Source: a bacterium
Lineage (GTDB): Bacteria; UBA8248
DNA length: 64,000 nucleotides
Direction of reading: 5' to 3'
Assembly: GCA_965213625.1 (NCBI GenBank)
Contig: CBDBZU010000004.1
Location: forward strand, 3,648,001-3,712,000
The position numbers were made by a program, and so were the translations under genes. The notes under the pieces were generated by a model. It did not search any database. It was given only the letters and a program-made list of their open reading frames with translations, and was not told the DNA's origin. This document shows positions 10,165 to 18,477 of the stretch, one piece after another. The first letter of the stretch is position 1. Each line of letters starts with the position of its first letter.

Positions 10165-10298
10165 CTGAATGGATGAAACTTTACGAAAAATTTAAGCTCC
10201 GCTGCGGGAACCGCCTGATTCATCGTATATAAGTATTTGCATCGGCTCAAACCTTCTCCTAAAGTGTTCACAGGCCGTATTTATCTTAGGAGACCACC

Positions 10299-10823
10299 AT
10301 GAAGCGAACCCTCATATGCATCATCGCCATCGCATTGATCGCCGCGTTCTGGACCTTTCACCAGGCGGGCGCATCGGGACTCGGACCCGGCGCGCAAGCG
10401 CCTGAGCTCAAGGGCGGGCCCTGGATTGGCGGCGAGCCCGTCAAGCTCGAAGAATTGCGCGGCAAGGTCGTTCTCCTCGACATGTGGACGTTCGCCTGAA
10501 TCAATTGCGTGCGGGAGATCCCCACGCTGCGTTCGTGGCACGAGCGCTATGAAGACAAGGGGCTGGTCATCATCGGGAACCATGCGCCCGAGTTCAACTT
10601 CGACAGGAAAAAAGAAAACATCGAAGAGGCAATGGCCAAGCTCGGCATCAAGTACCGCGTCGTGATGGACAATGACTTCAAGAACTGGGACGCCTTTCAG
10701 AATCGCTTCTGGCCGACGAAATACCTGATCGACAAAAAGGGTATCGTGCGTTTCAAGACGATCGGTGAGGGCAACCACGAGCGCACCGAGGCGATGATCA
10801 TGAAGCTGCTCGCCGAAAAATAA
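10299..10823 (+). CDS. Exported redoxin (TlpA/DipZ-like), probable selenoprotein with UxxC (TGA at 10497-10499)
   Basis: ORFs 10299..10499 and 10509..10823 share a frame. Joined they read GKVVLLDMWTFA-(TGA)-INCVREIP...GNHAPEF...WPTKYLIDKKG, the DipZ-type WTFxCINC motif. N-terminal signal peptide; hairpin at 10507-10527. Confidence 0.88.
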
Positions 10824-11812
10824 TGAAAACCGAGGAAACGACGCAAAATCCCCCAGCCGCTCCTGCATATCCCTATTCATCGCTCTTAAGGATTACTCAC
10901 TGGCTGAACGTACCGCTTCTGCTCCTGATGATGGCGAGCGGGTTTCAGATATGGTGGGCGTATCCCGCCTTCGGCCCGGACAGGCCCAACCCAGAGGCCA
11001 TCTACGAGGCGCTCCGGGGGACGGAAACCCAGGTAGACCCGCGCGCCATCAATATAGGGGGCGACTACAGGGTTTTCGTACAAGGCCTCACGAAGACATT
11101 CGGCATCGGCGGGTGGCTCGCGGGCGCGCTGCGCTGGCACTTCGCCCTCATGTGGCCCTATACCATCAACGGGCTGATCTTCCTGTTCCTGCTCCTCCTG
11201 ACGGAAGAAGGGAGGCACTACCGCATCAAGCGGGCGGATTTTTCGGGCGCCAAGGAGATGCTTCTCCATCCAATCAAGACCTTTCACCACCCCCCGGGAG
11301 AGGGGAAATTCAACCCGATTCAAAAACTCGCCTACAACGTCGTCATACTGGCCGGGGTGATGTCCGTTCTGACTGGCCTCGCCATTCTGAAACCCGTCCA
11401 GCTCAAGTGGCTGACCTGGCTTTTCGGGGGCTATCAGCCGAGCCGGTTCCTGCATTTTCTGGTGATGCTGTTTCTCGTCGTTTTCATTGTCGGCCATTTC
11501 CTGATGGTGATTTCCCACGGATGGCGGCGCGGGCTCGCGCCCATGATCGTCGGGATCAAGGCGGAGCGCGAAGCCTTTCTTGCCAGGCAAAAGCAATTCG
11601 CCAGGAGGCTTGGGCGCGTCGCCGAGGAGGCGGCGATCCTGATAATTTCCTTCTGGATTGGAGGCCTCGTTGCGGATATGATGAACGCGGCTTTGGGCGG
11701 TGAGGCTCAGGGCCTTTGGTTCGGCGCGCCGGGCTATCTCCTGGTACGGTTTGGCCTCATGCGCGGACGGCGCGTCGGTGATTTCTGGCGCAAGGCGAGG
11801 ATGGGAAGCTGA
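10823..11812 (+). CDS. Cytochrome b/b6-domain membrane subunit (YdhU/PhsC-like) with a C-terminal extension
   Basis: RITHWLN, LRWHF, KFNPIQKLAY, RFLHF...GHFLM heme-ligand His pattern; TAATG overlap with the upstream gene. Confidence 0.85.
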   Translation: MKTEETTQNPPAAPAYPYSSLLRITHWLNVPLLLLMMASGFQIWWAYPAFGPDRPNPEAIYEALRGTETQVDPRAINIGGDYRVFVQGLTKTFGIGGWLAGALRWHFALMWPYTINGLIFLFLLLLTEEGRHYRIKRADFSGAKEMLLHPIKTFHHPPGEGKFNPIQKLAYNVVILAGVMSVLTGLAILKPVQLKWLTWLFGGYQPSRFLHFLVMLFLVVFIVGHFLMVISHGWRRGLAPMIVGIKAEREAFLARQKQFARRLGRVAEEAAILIISFWIGGLVADMMNAALGGEAQGLWFGAPGYLLVRFGLMRGRRVGDFWRKARMGS

Positions 11813-12096
11813 TGAACACGGAAGAACAAACGGAATTCGTATTACCGACCCAAATGGCGAAGCGCAGACTGTTCGCGGGCAGGCTGGTTTTGAGCGTCGT
11901 ATGCATCAACGCCGTTCTGGCCCTGATCGCCGCATATATCCTGAGCGGGCCGATGGCCTGGATAACGAGTTTTGGGTTCGGCTTTCTGACGTGGGCCTGC
12001 ATTCTGTACCCAACCTCTCTCATCCTGGCCGTCCCGATCATCGCCCCCGTCGTCATAAAGGTGCTGAAGCCGCCGCCTGAGACGCCCGGAGAGTGA
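11812..12096 (+). CDS. Small membrane protein of unknown function
   Basis: Hydrophobic helices; TGATG coupling to the upstream gene. Confidence 0.65.
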   Translation: MNTEEQTEFVLPTQMAKRRLFAGRLVLSVVCINAVLALIAAYILSGPMAWITSFGFGFLTWACILYPTSLILAVPIIAPVVIKVLKPPPETPGE

Positions 12097-12911
12097 AGAT
12101 GAGAAAAGGCGAAAAGCGAAGCCCGGGTTCCGGCGAGGGCAAGTCGACGTCTTCGCGGCGCGGATTCATGAAAATGCTCCTTGCACTCGCCTCCGCCTTC
12201 ATGGCCGGGTGCTCGCGCCTCAATGAGGAGCCCGGTGTGCAGGCCGTGCTGAGCTGGTTCGACCGTCTGAACCACAAGGTGGGCCTCATGACGGACAGCA
12301 ACTACCGTCTGGCGCGCACCTATCCCCGGAATGCCGTTCAGCCCGAACAGATGCGGCCCAACGGCTCGGTGGTCACCCCGAACTCCCAAATCATCGAGAC
12401 CCCTCCCGAGGAATGGCGGCTCGTCGTGGGGGAGGCCCATCTCAGAGAGGGCCAGATGATGAAGCGTCACTGGGTCCGGGAATACACGCTGGCGCAGCTA
12501 CGCCAAATGCCCGTGCTGGAACAGACGGTGGAGCACATCTGCGTGGAGGGCTGGAGCGCGATATGCCACTGGCGGGGAGTGCACCTCGCGCGCTTCATCG
12601 AAATGCACAAGCTCAAGCCCGAGAGCCGCTACGTGTTCTTCCTGTGCGACGATTTGCTCGCCACTGCGAACGGGCACGAGCGCTACAGCGTGACGTTCGA
12701 TCTCAAGCAAGCGATGCACCCGCAGAACGTCCTCGCGTATGAGTACAACGGCGAAACGCTGCCCCTGAACCACGGCGCTCCACTTCGCCTCGCCTCGCCC
12801 ACGAACGTGGGCTGGAAGAGCGCGAAATTCCTCCGTTACGTCTTCTTCACGAACGAGGACCTGGGCGGGTTCTGGGAGAAGCAGGGTTATCCGCGCTATT
12901 ACGGCTTCTGA
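12093..12911 (+). CDS. Sulfite oxidase-family molybdopterin oxidoreductase (MsrP-like), Tat-exported
   Basis: SRRGFMK twin-Arg motif, possible lipobox MAGC, HICVEGWS (Mo-ligand Cys), HPQNVLAY...HGAPLRL...GWKSAK, GGFWEKQGY. Confidence 0.88.
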   Translation: MKMRKGEKRSPGSGEGKSTSSRRGFMKMLLALASAFMAGCSRLNEEPGVQAVLSWFDRLNHKVGLMTDSNYRLARTYPRNAVQPEQMRPNGSVVTPNSQIIETPPEEWRLVVGEAHLREGQMMKRHWVREYTLAQLRQMPVLEQTVEHICVEGWSAICHWRGVHLARFIEMHKLKPESRYVFFLCDDLLATANGHERYSVTFDLKQAMHPQNVLAYEYNGETLPLNHGAPLRLASPTNVGWKSAKFLRYVFFTNEDLGGFWEKQGYPRYYGF

Positions 12912-12944
12912 TGAACCCGGGAACCTTGGCGAACGTTGTTTCCA

Positions 12945-13249
12945 GCAGTTGTTGAAAAAGTCCTGATAAATGAAGGTTCGACACGATAGGATTGCAGGGG
13001 CAGTTCGTTCGAGCTTCTCTTTCCCAGGAAGCTCGACACTCCTGCGGGCGAATGTGGTTTTGCTCGTCATTCCGGCGAAAGCCGGAATCCATTTGTTTTG
13101 CCTTTGTTTTTAGCTTCTGATTGATCCCCGTCAACGACGAGGAAATGAAAAGCCAGTATATCGTCATTCTGCATTAGAATGGATTCCGGCTTTCGCCGGA
13201 AAGACGGCGGTGGTCAATTCCGAGCGAGGAGGTTTTTTTCAACAACCCC
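12945..13249. mobile_element. MITE-like element with IS1182-type ends enclosing an inverted REP pair
   Basis: GTTGTTGAAAAAG ... TTTTTTCAACAACCCC ends; flanks TTCCA/CTCCA; internal CGTCATTCCGGCGAAAGCCGGAATCCAT (~13066) and its inverse (~13179-13206). Confidence 0.65.
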
Positions 13250-13282
13250 CTCCATCTACGACTGATACCCGATTTTAACCCC

Positions 13283-13310
13283 TTGACAGCAACCGAACGT
13301 TAGATAGAAT
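13283..13310 (+). promoter_or_regulatory. Sigma70-type promoter of the TRAP operon
   Basis: TTGACA-16 nt-TAGAAT. Confidence 0.6.
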
Positions 13311-13419
13311 GTTTTTGTTAACAAACACATGGCATGGGAGGTAATCGGGGGCGGCGTCTCAATGGTTGAGATAGGTCGTCCCTATTTTTATGCGTTAACT
13401 CGAAGGGAGGGAACGGCAG

Positions 13420-14481
13420 ATGGCGATCAGGAAACTAACGACGATCGGATTTATGATCTGTGCGCTAAGCGTCGCGCTGGTGGCGTCGAGCGTCGGCGAG
13501 GTGGATGCCGCGAAGCGCATACGCTGGAAAATGGCGAGTTGGTTCCCGAGCAAATTGACCCAGCTCGGCTCGATGGGCAAAGCCATGGTCGACCGTCTGG
13601 AGCGGGTTTCCGGCGGCAACATCAAGATCAGGTTCTTCGAGCCCAACGCGCTTATCCCGGCCAAGGAGTGCTTCGACGCCGTGGCCAAGGGCTCGGTGGA
13701 TGCGTGCTGGTCGACGCCCGGCTACTGGTACGGCAAGGAGCCGGCTCTCGCGATGTTCGCAGCCGTTCCCTTCGGCCCCAGAGCCGGCGAATATATGGGC
13801 TGGATTTTCTACGGCGGCGGCTACAAGCTCTGGGACGAAATTTACAAGAAGCACGGCCTGAAATCGTTGCCCTGCGGCGTCATCGCGCCCGAAGCTTCGG
13901 GCTGGTTCCGCAAGGAGATCAAGAGCATCGATGACTTGAAGGGTCTCAAGATGCGCTTCTTCGGGCTGGGCGCGAAGGTCATGCAAAAAATCGGCGTTTC
14001 CACCCAGCTCATCGCGGGCGGCGACATCTTCCCGGCGCTCGAGCGCGGCTCCATCGACGCGACGGAATACTCGATGCCCGCGATCGACCTCAACCTCGGC
14101 TTCTACCAGGTGGCGAAGCATTACTACTTCCCCGGCTGGCACCAGCAGTCGACGGTGTTTGAATTGCTGCTGAACAGGAAGGCCTGGGATGCGCTCAACG
14201 ACACCCAGCGGGCGCAGATTGAGGTATCGTGCGGCGACGCGTTCCGCCAGGGGCTCGCCGAGGGCGAGGCAATCCAGGGCAAGGCTCTGGTCGAACTCAA
14301 GAAGAAGGGCGTGCAGATCCACCGCTGGCCCCAGTCGATCCTGGACACGCTCGAGAAGAAATGGGCCGAAGTCGCAGCAGCGGACGCCGCGCGCGACGCG
14401 ACCTTCAAGAAGGTCTGGGAATCCTACAGCGCGTTCCGCAAGGAATACGCGGTATGGAAGGACCTCGGATACTTAAGGTAA
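13420..14481 (+). CDS. dctP: TRAP transporter substrate-binding protein (TakP-like, keto/monocarboxylate)
   Basis: Signal peptide, WKMASWFP, GWFRKEIKSIDDLKGLKMR, YYFPGWHQ. Confidence 0.9.
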   Translation: MAIRKLTTIGFMICALSVALVASSVGEVDAAKRIRWKMASWFPSKLTQLGSMGKAMVDRLERVSGGNIKIRFFEPNALIPAKECFDAVAKGSVDACWSTPGYWYGKEPALAMFAAVPFGPRAGEYMGWIFYGGGYKLWDEIYKKHGLKSLPCGVIAPEASGWFRKEIKSIDDLKGLKMRFFGLGAKVMQKIGVSTQLIAGGDIFPALERGSIDATEYSMPAIDLNLGFYQVAKHYYFPGWHQQSTVFELLLNRKAWDALNDTQRAQIEVSCGDAFRQGLAEGEAIQGKALVELKKKGVQIHRWPQSILDTLEKKWAEVAAADAARDATFKKVWESYSAFRKEYAVWKDLGYLR

Positions 14482-14526
14482 TACCCGTGTGACGGCGCGC
14501 TGCGCCGTCTCGCTTGCAAAACTTAC

Positions 14527-14567
14527 AGGCGCCGGAACCGTAACGGTCACGGTTCCGGCGCCTTTTT
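14527..14567 (+). terminator. Stem-loop with U tract between dctP and dctQ
   Basis: AGGCGCCGGAACCGT-loop-ACGGTTCCGGCGCCT followed by TTTT. Confidence 0.7.
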
Positions 14568-14595
14568 CGCGTACGTTGCGCCGGGAAGCCTATTG

Positions 14596-15174
14596 ATGCG
14601 GCAACTGTTTCGAATACAAGAGTTTCTCGCCCGGATCGTGGTCAGCGTCGGGAAGCTCAGCGCCTGGCTCTCGATTCCGCTGATGTTCGTCATCATCTTC
14701 GACGTCGTGACCCGGCGCTTCCTGGTGCTGGGATCGACCAAGCTGCAGGAAGCCGAGTGGCACCTGCACGCGGTCCTGTTTTTACTGTGCATCGGCTTCT
14801 GCTATATCGAGGACGCCCACGTTCGGATCGACCTGCTTCGAGAGCGGCTGAGTTTGCGCGCCAGGGATTGGGTCGAGTTCATCGGCTGCATCATTTTCGT
14901 GATCCCCTACTGTCTCATCGTCACCTATTTCGCCGAGGACTTCGTCGAGAGGTCCTGGGCGGTCGGCGAGGCCTCGGACTCCGCGACCGGCCTCCCCTAT
15001 CGTTGGGCGATCAAGGCGGGCCTGCCGATCGGGCTGTTCGTCCTGCTCCTCTCGGGGATCACCATTCTGCTGCGCAAGATCATCGAGTTGTTCGGCCCGG
15101 CGGACCTCAGAGAACTCATCCCCCGGAAGGAAGAACGCCCGACCGAACAGATCGACCAGATCGGGCCGAACTAG
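14596..15174 (+). CDS. dctQ: TRAP transporter small permease
   Basis: EAEWHL, HVRIDLL, four transmembrane segments. Confidence 0.88.
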   Translation: MRQLFRIQEFLARIVVSVGKLSAWLSIPLMFVIIFDVVTRRFLVLGSTKLQEAEWHLHAVLFLLCIGFCYIEDAHVRIDLLRERLSLRARDWVEFIGCIIFVIPYCLIVTYFAEDFVERSWAVGEASDSATGLPYRWAIKAGLPIGLFVLLLSGITILLRKIIELFGPADLRELIPRKEERPTEQIDQIGPN

Positions 15175-15186
15175 GGACGCCTGCGC

Positions 15187-16551
15187 ATGTTTTATATCGA
15201 AGATTACCTGCCGGCCTGCATGTTCATCACCCTGGCGATTCTGCTGTTCTCGGGCTTCCCGGTCGGATTCGTTCTCGGCGGCGTGGGACTCGCCTTCGGC
15301 TTCATCGGCATGTATTTCGAGGTTTTCTCCCAGGTCGAGTTCTTCAACCTCGTGCTCCGCATCTGGGGATTCGCAGACAACCTGGTGCTGGTGGCGATTC
15401 CGATGTTCATCTTCATGGGGACGATGCTGGAACGCTCCGGCGTCGCCGCCAATCTCCTGTACTGCCTCCAGGTGGTGCTGCGGCGCACGCCGGGCGGGCT
15501 GGCGCTCGCCGTCACGGTCATGGGCACGATCCTCGCGGCGACGACCGGCATCATCGGCGCGTCGGTGGTGATGATCAGTCTGATGGCGCTGCCGGTCATG
15601 GTCGAGCGCGAGTACAACCTGGAGCTCGCGACAGGCACCATCGCCGCCTCGGGCACGCTCGGGATACTGATACCGCCCAGCATCATGCTGGTCATCATGG
15701 CCGATCTCCTCGGGCGTTCGGTGGGAACCCTGTTCGTCGCGGCCATCTTCCCCGGCCTGATACTGTCGGGGCTTTACTTCATCTATATCTTCACCAGATG
15801 CGCTCTAAACCCCGCCCTGGCGCCGCGCCTGCCCAAGGAGATGGGTCCGCAGACGTCGGGCGAACTGCTCCTCCTATTGCTCAAGGGCCTGGTGCCGGCG
15901 GTTTTCCTGATCGTCCTGGTGCTGGGGTCGATAGTCGCCGGTTGGGCGACGCCCACCGAGGCGGCCGGGGTCGGCGCGGCCGGCGCGACGCTGCTCGCCA
16001 TCGTCAACCGGCAGCTGACCTGGTCGGTCCTGAAAGACGTGGTCGAGCGCACCTCACTCACCAACGCGATGCTGTTCTTTATCTTCGTCGGGGCGACCGC
16101 CTTCTCCTACGTCTTCCGCTCGCTAGGGGGCGACGACTTCATCCAGGACGTGATCTATTCCGTGGGAACGAACCCATGGTGGATCCTGATGATCCTGATG
16201 GCGGTGACTTTTATCCTCGGGTTCTTCTTCGACTGGATCGAGATCACGCTCATCGTGCTACCTGTGTTCGCGCCGATCCTCGCCGAACTGGATTTCGGCG
16301 ACCACCTGCCCAAGAGCGAGGTCATCTACTGGTTCTCGATTCTGATGGCGGTCAACCTGCAGACGTCGTTCCTCACGCCGCCGTTCGGCTTCGCGTTGTT
16401 CTACATGAAGGGAGTCGCCCCGCCCCAGGTGCGTCTACAGCAGATTTATCGCGGGATTATCCCCTTCGTACTCCTGCAGCTCATCGGGCTGGGGCTGGTC
16501 ATCGTCTTCCCCGAAATCGCCATGTGGCTGCCGAGGGTGCTGCTCGACTAG
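15187..16551 (+). CDS. dctM: TRAP transporter large permease
   Basis: AIPMFIFMG, GTLGILIPPS, TPTEAA, SFLTPPFG. Confidence 0.92.
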   Translation: MFYIEDYLPACMFITLAILLFSGFPVGFVLGGVGLAFGFIGMYFEVFSQVEFFNLVLRIWGFADNLVLVAIPMFIFMGTMLERSGVAANLLYCLQVVLRRTPGGLALAVTVMGTILAATTGIIGASVVMISLMALPVMVEREYNLELATGTIAASGTLGILIPPSIMLVIMADLLGRSVGTLFVAAIFPGLILSGLYFIYIFTRCALNPALAPRLPKEMGPQTSGELLLLLLKGLVPAVFLIVLVLGSIVAGWATPTEAAGVGAAGATLLAIVNRQLTWSVLKDVVERTSLTNAMLFFIFVGATAFSYVFRSLGGDDFIQDVIYSVGTNPWWILMILMAVTFILGFFFDWIEITLIVLPVFAPILAELDFGDHLPKSEVIYWFSILMAVNLQTSFLTPPFGFALFYMKGVAPPQVRLQQIYRGIIPFVLLQLIGLGLVIVFPEIAMWLPRVLLD

Positions 16552-16925
16552 CGCATTTCGGCCTCCTCTGCTCCACACCCTGAACACCTCGCAAATCTAA
16601 CGATTCACTGGAGATCATGGCGTCTCGCCGCATAATCCGCGATGGATCATTTTTCTTCACTTGGCCGGGCAACCCGTATAGACTTGTCCCTGACTCCCTA
16701 TCCGCACGGGATATCGGAGTCTAGCCGCTAGTGACAGGGAAGTTTTCCCATGCTCGATGACCCTGCAAGCGCTCCTGATACCGAAACGCAGCGTCTCCCT
16801 CGCTTATCGCTCCGACTCATCAAATTCTCCGGCGCAATTCGTCCGATATCGGCCTTTTCACTCCGGTTGAACAGCGCCGCGTCCAGCCGCCGTTTCGAAT
16901 CGAGAAAAAGATGGAGGGACCGACA

Positions 16926-17867
16926 ATGGCAGGCAGACGTAAAATAATCCTGTTGACCGGCGCGACTGGATACATCGGGGGAAGGCTGCGCCGCCGTCTC
17001 GAAGCCGACTCGCACCAGGTCCGGTGCCTGGCGCGCCGCCCCGAAATCCTTGAAGCGCAGGTCGCGCCGAGTACCGAGGTAGTGCGCGGCGACCTCTTAA
17101 GGCCGGAAACGCTCCCGGCAGCCATGCGCGGCGTATCCACGGCCTACTACCTCGTGCACTCGATGGCGTCCGGTGGAGACTTCGCCGCAGAAGACCGCGA
17201 GGCCGCAATAGGGTTCGCATCCGCAGCCCGGGCGGCAGGGATTGAGCGCATCGTCTATCTGGGCGGGCTGGGAAACGAGGATGAACTGTCCGACCACCTC
17301 GCGAGCAGGCAGGAGGTGGGCCGCATTCTCCGGGACTCCGGGGTCCAGACGATTGAGCTGAGGGCCTCGATCATAATCGGTTCGGGAAGTCTCTCGTTCG
17401 AGATGATCCGCGCGCTGGTGGAGCGGCTGCCCGTCATGGTGACGCCCCGGTGGGTCCGCACGCTCGCCCAGCCCATCAGTATAGATGACGTCATCGAATA
17501 CCTTATCGCCGCTCTCGACGCACCCGCGGGCCACAGCCTCGTCCTGGAAATCGGGGGAGCCGAACGCGCCTCCTACGGGGACATCATGGCGGAATACGCC
17601 CGCCAGCGGGGGCTCCATAGAGTGATGATCGCCGTGCCCGTGCTCACCCCCCGCCTCTCCAGCCTGTGGCTCGCGCTGGTCACGCCCGCCTACGCCAGAG
17701 TCGGCCGCAAACTCGTCGATAGCCTCCGCAACGAGACGACCGTGAGCGACCAAGCGGCCTTGGGCATGTTCGGCATCCGCCCTCACGGTCTGGCCGAAGC
17801 GATCGGACAAGCGCTGGCCGGCGAAGAACGCGAGTTTGCGCAAACGCGCTGGCCCAAGGCGTCTTGA
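16926..17867 (+). CDS. NAD(P)H-binding SDR/epimerase (YbjT-like N-terminal domain)
   Basis: ILLTGATGYIG, AYYLVHSM, HLASRQEVG, IIGSGSLSFEM. Confidence 0.85.
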   Translation: MAGRRKIILLTGATGYIGGRLRRRLEADSHQVRCLARRPEILEAQVAPSTEVVRGDLLRPETLPAAMRGVSTAYYLVHSMASGGDFAAEDREAAIGFASAARAAGIERIVYLGGLGNEDELSDHLASRQEVGRILRDSGVQTIELRASIIIGSGSLSFEMIRALVERLPVMVTPRWVRTLAQPISIDDVIEYLIAALDAPAGHSLVLEIGGAERASYGDIMAEYARQRGLHRVMIAVPVLTPRLSSLWLALVTPAYARVGRKLVDSLRNETTVSDQAALGMFGIRPHGLAEAIGQALAGEEREFAQTRWPKAS

Positions 17868-17893
17868 CAAGCCCGCTCCCGCTTCCCTATAAA
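17864..17893 (+). promoter_or_regulatory. Sigma70-type promoter for the tRNA
   Basis: TTGACA-18 nt-TATAAA, about 65 nt upstream of the tRNA. Confidence 0.6.
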
Positions 17894-17958
17894 CCCCTTA
17901 CGCTTGGGAGCCGGCGCCGATTCCGGTAGAATGCCGACTCAAGCAAAACGCCTCTCAC

Positions 17959-18033
17959 TCCGGCGTAGCTCAACGGCAGAGCAATCGGCTGTTAACCGAT
18001 GGGTTGTAGGTTCGAATCCTACCGCCGGAGCCA
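17959..18033 (+). tRNA. tRNA-Asn (GTT)
   Basis: Acceptor stem TCCGGCG/CGCCGGA, anticodon arm ATCGG-CTGTTAA-CCGAT, T loop GGTTCGAATCC, encoded CCA. Confidence 0.97.
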
Positions 18034-18170
18034 GGAGTGCATTTATACTATTGTATTTCAAGGGGTTACAGAATCAAAAGAAAGGCTATCCCAACACTTG
18101 CCCCAACACAATAACACCATAAGCAAAGCATTTTCCGGCCCTGTAAGGCCCTCGAAAAGGGAAAAAACAC

Positions 18171-18293
18171 ATGAATTGGAGAAAAAATAAAAAAAGTACG
18201 TCTCAGAATATATGGAAGACGATTTTCGTCCTCGTTGGTTGTGTCATTTTAACCGGATGCTCGATGGACGCGGGTGGCTTCCAACTGTTTTAA
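18171..18293 (+). other. 40-aa ORF with a lipoprotein signal (remnant or small lipoprotein)
   Basis: MNWRKNKKSTSQNIWKTIFVLVGCVILTGCSMDAGGFQLF; lipobox LTGC; AGGG upstream. Confidence 0.35.
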
Positions 18294-18477
18294 GTTAAGT
18301 AAATTGCCCGAAGAACATAAAACACTCTTTCCGGGGGTCTAAATCGGGGAGGAAGAAGTTACTAGCTCTCATCCTGCGCCAACGCAGCGAGTTTTTCAGG
18401 GGGCTCTTCACCGCTACCGGCCAGATAACCGGGTCATTTGGCCCGGTTCCTCTCATCTGCCTCCGCTCGATCCCCCC

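Noticed and set aside
16605-16660. Fluoride riboswitch-like motif
   Set aside because: Only loose similarity; the pseudoknot partner is not convincing and no crcB/eriC gene follows.
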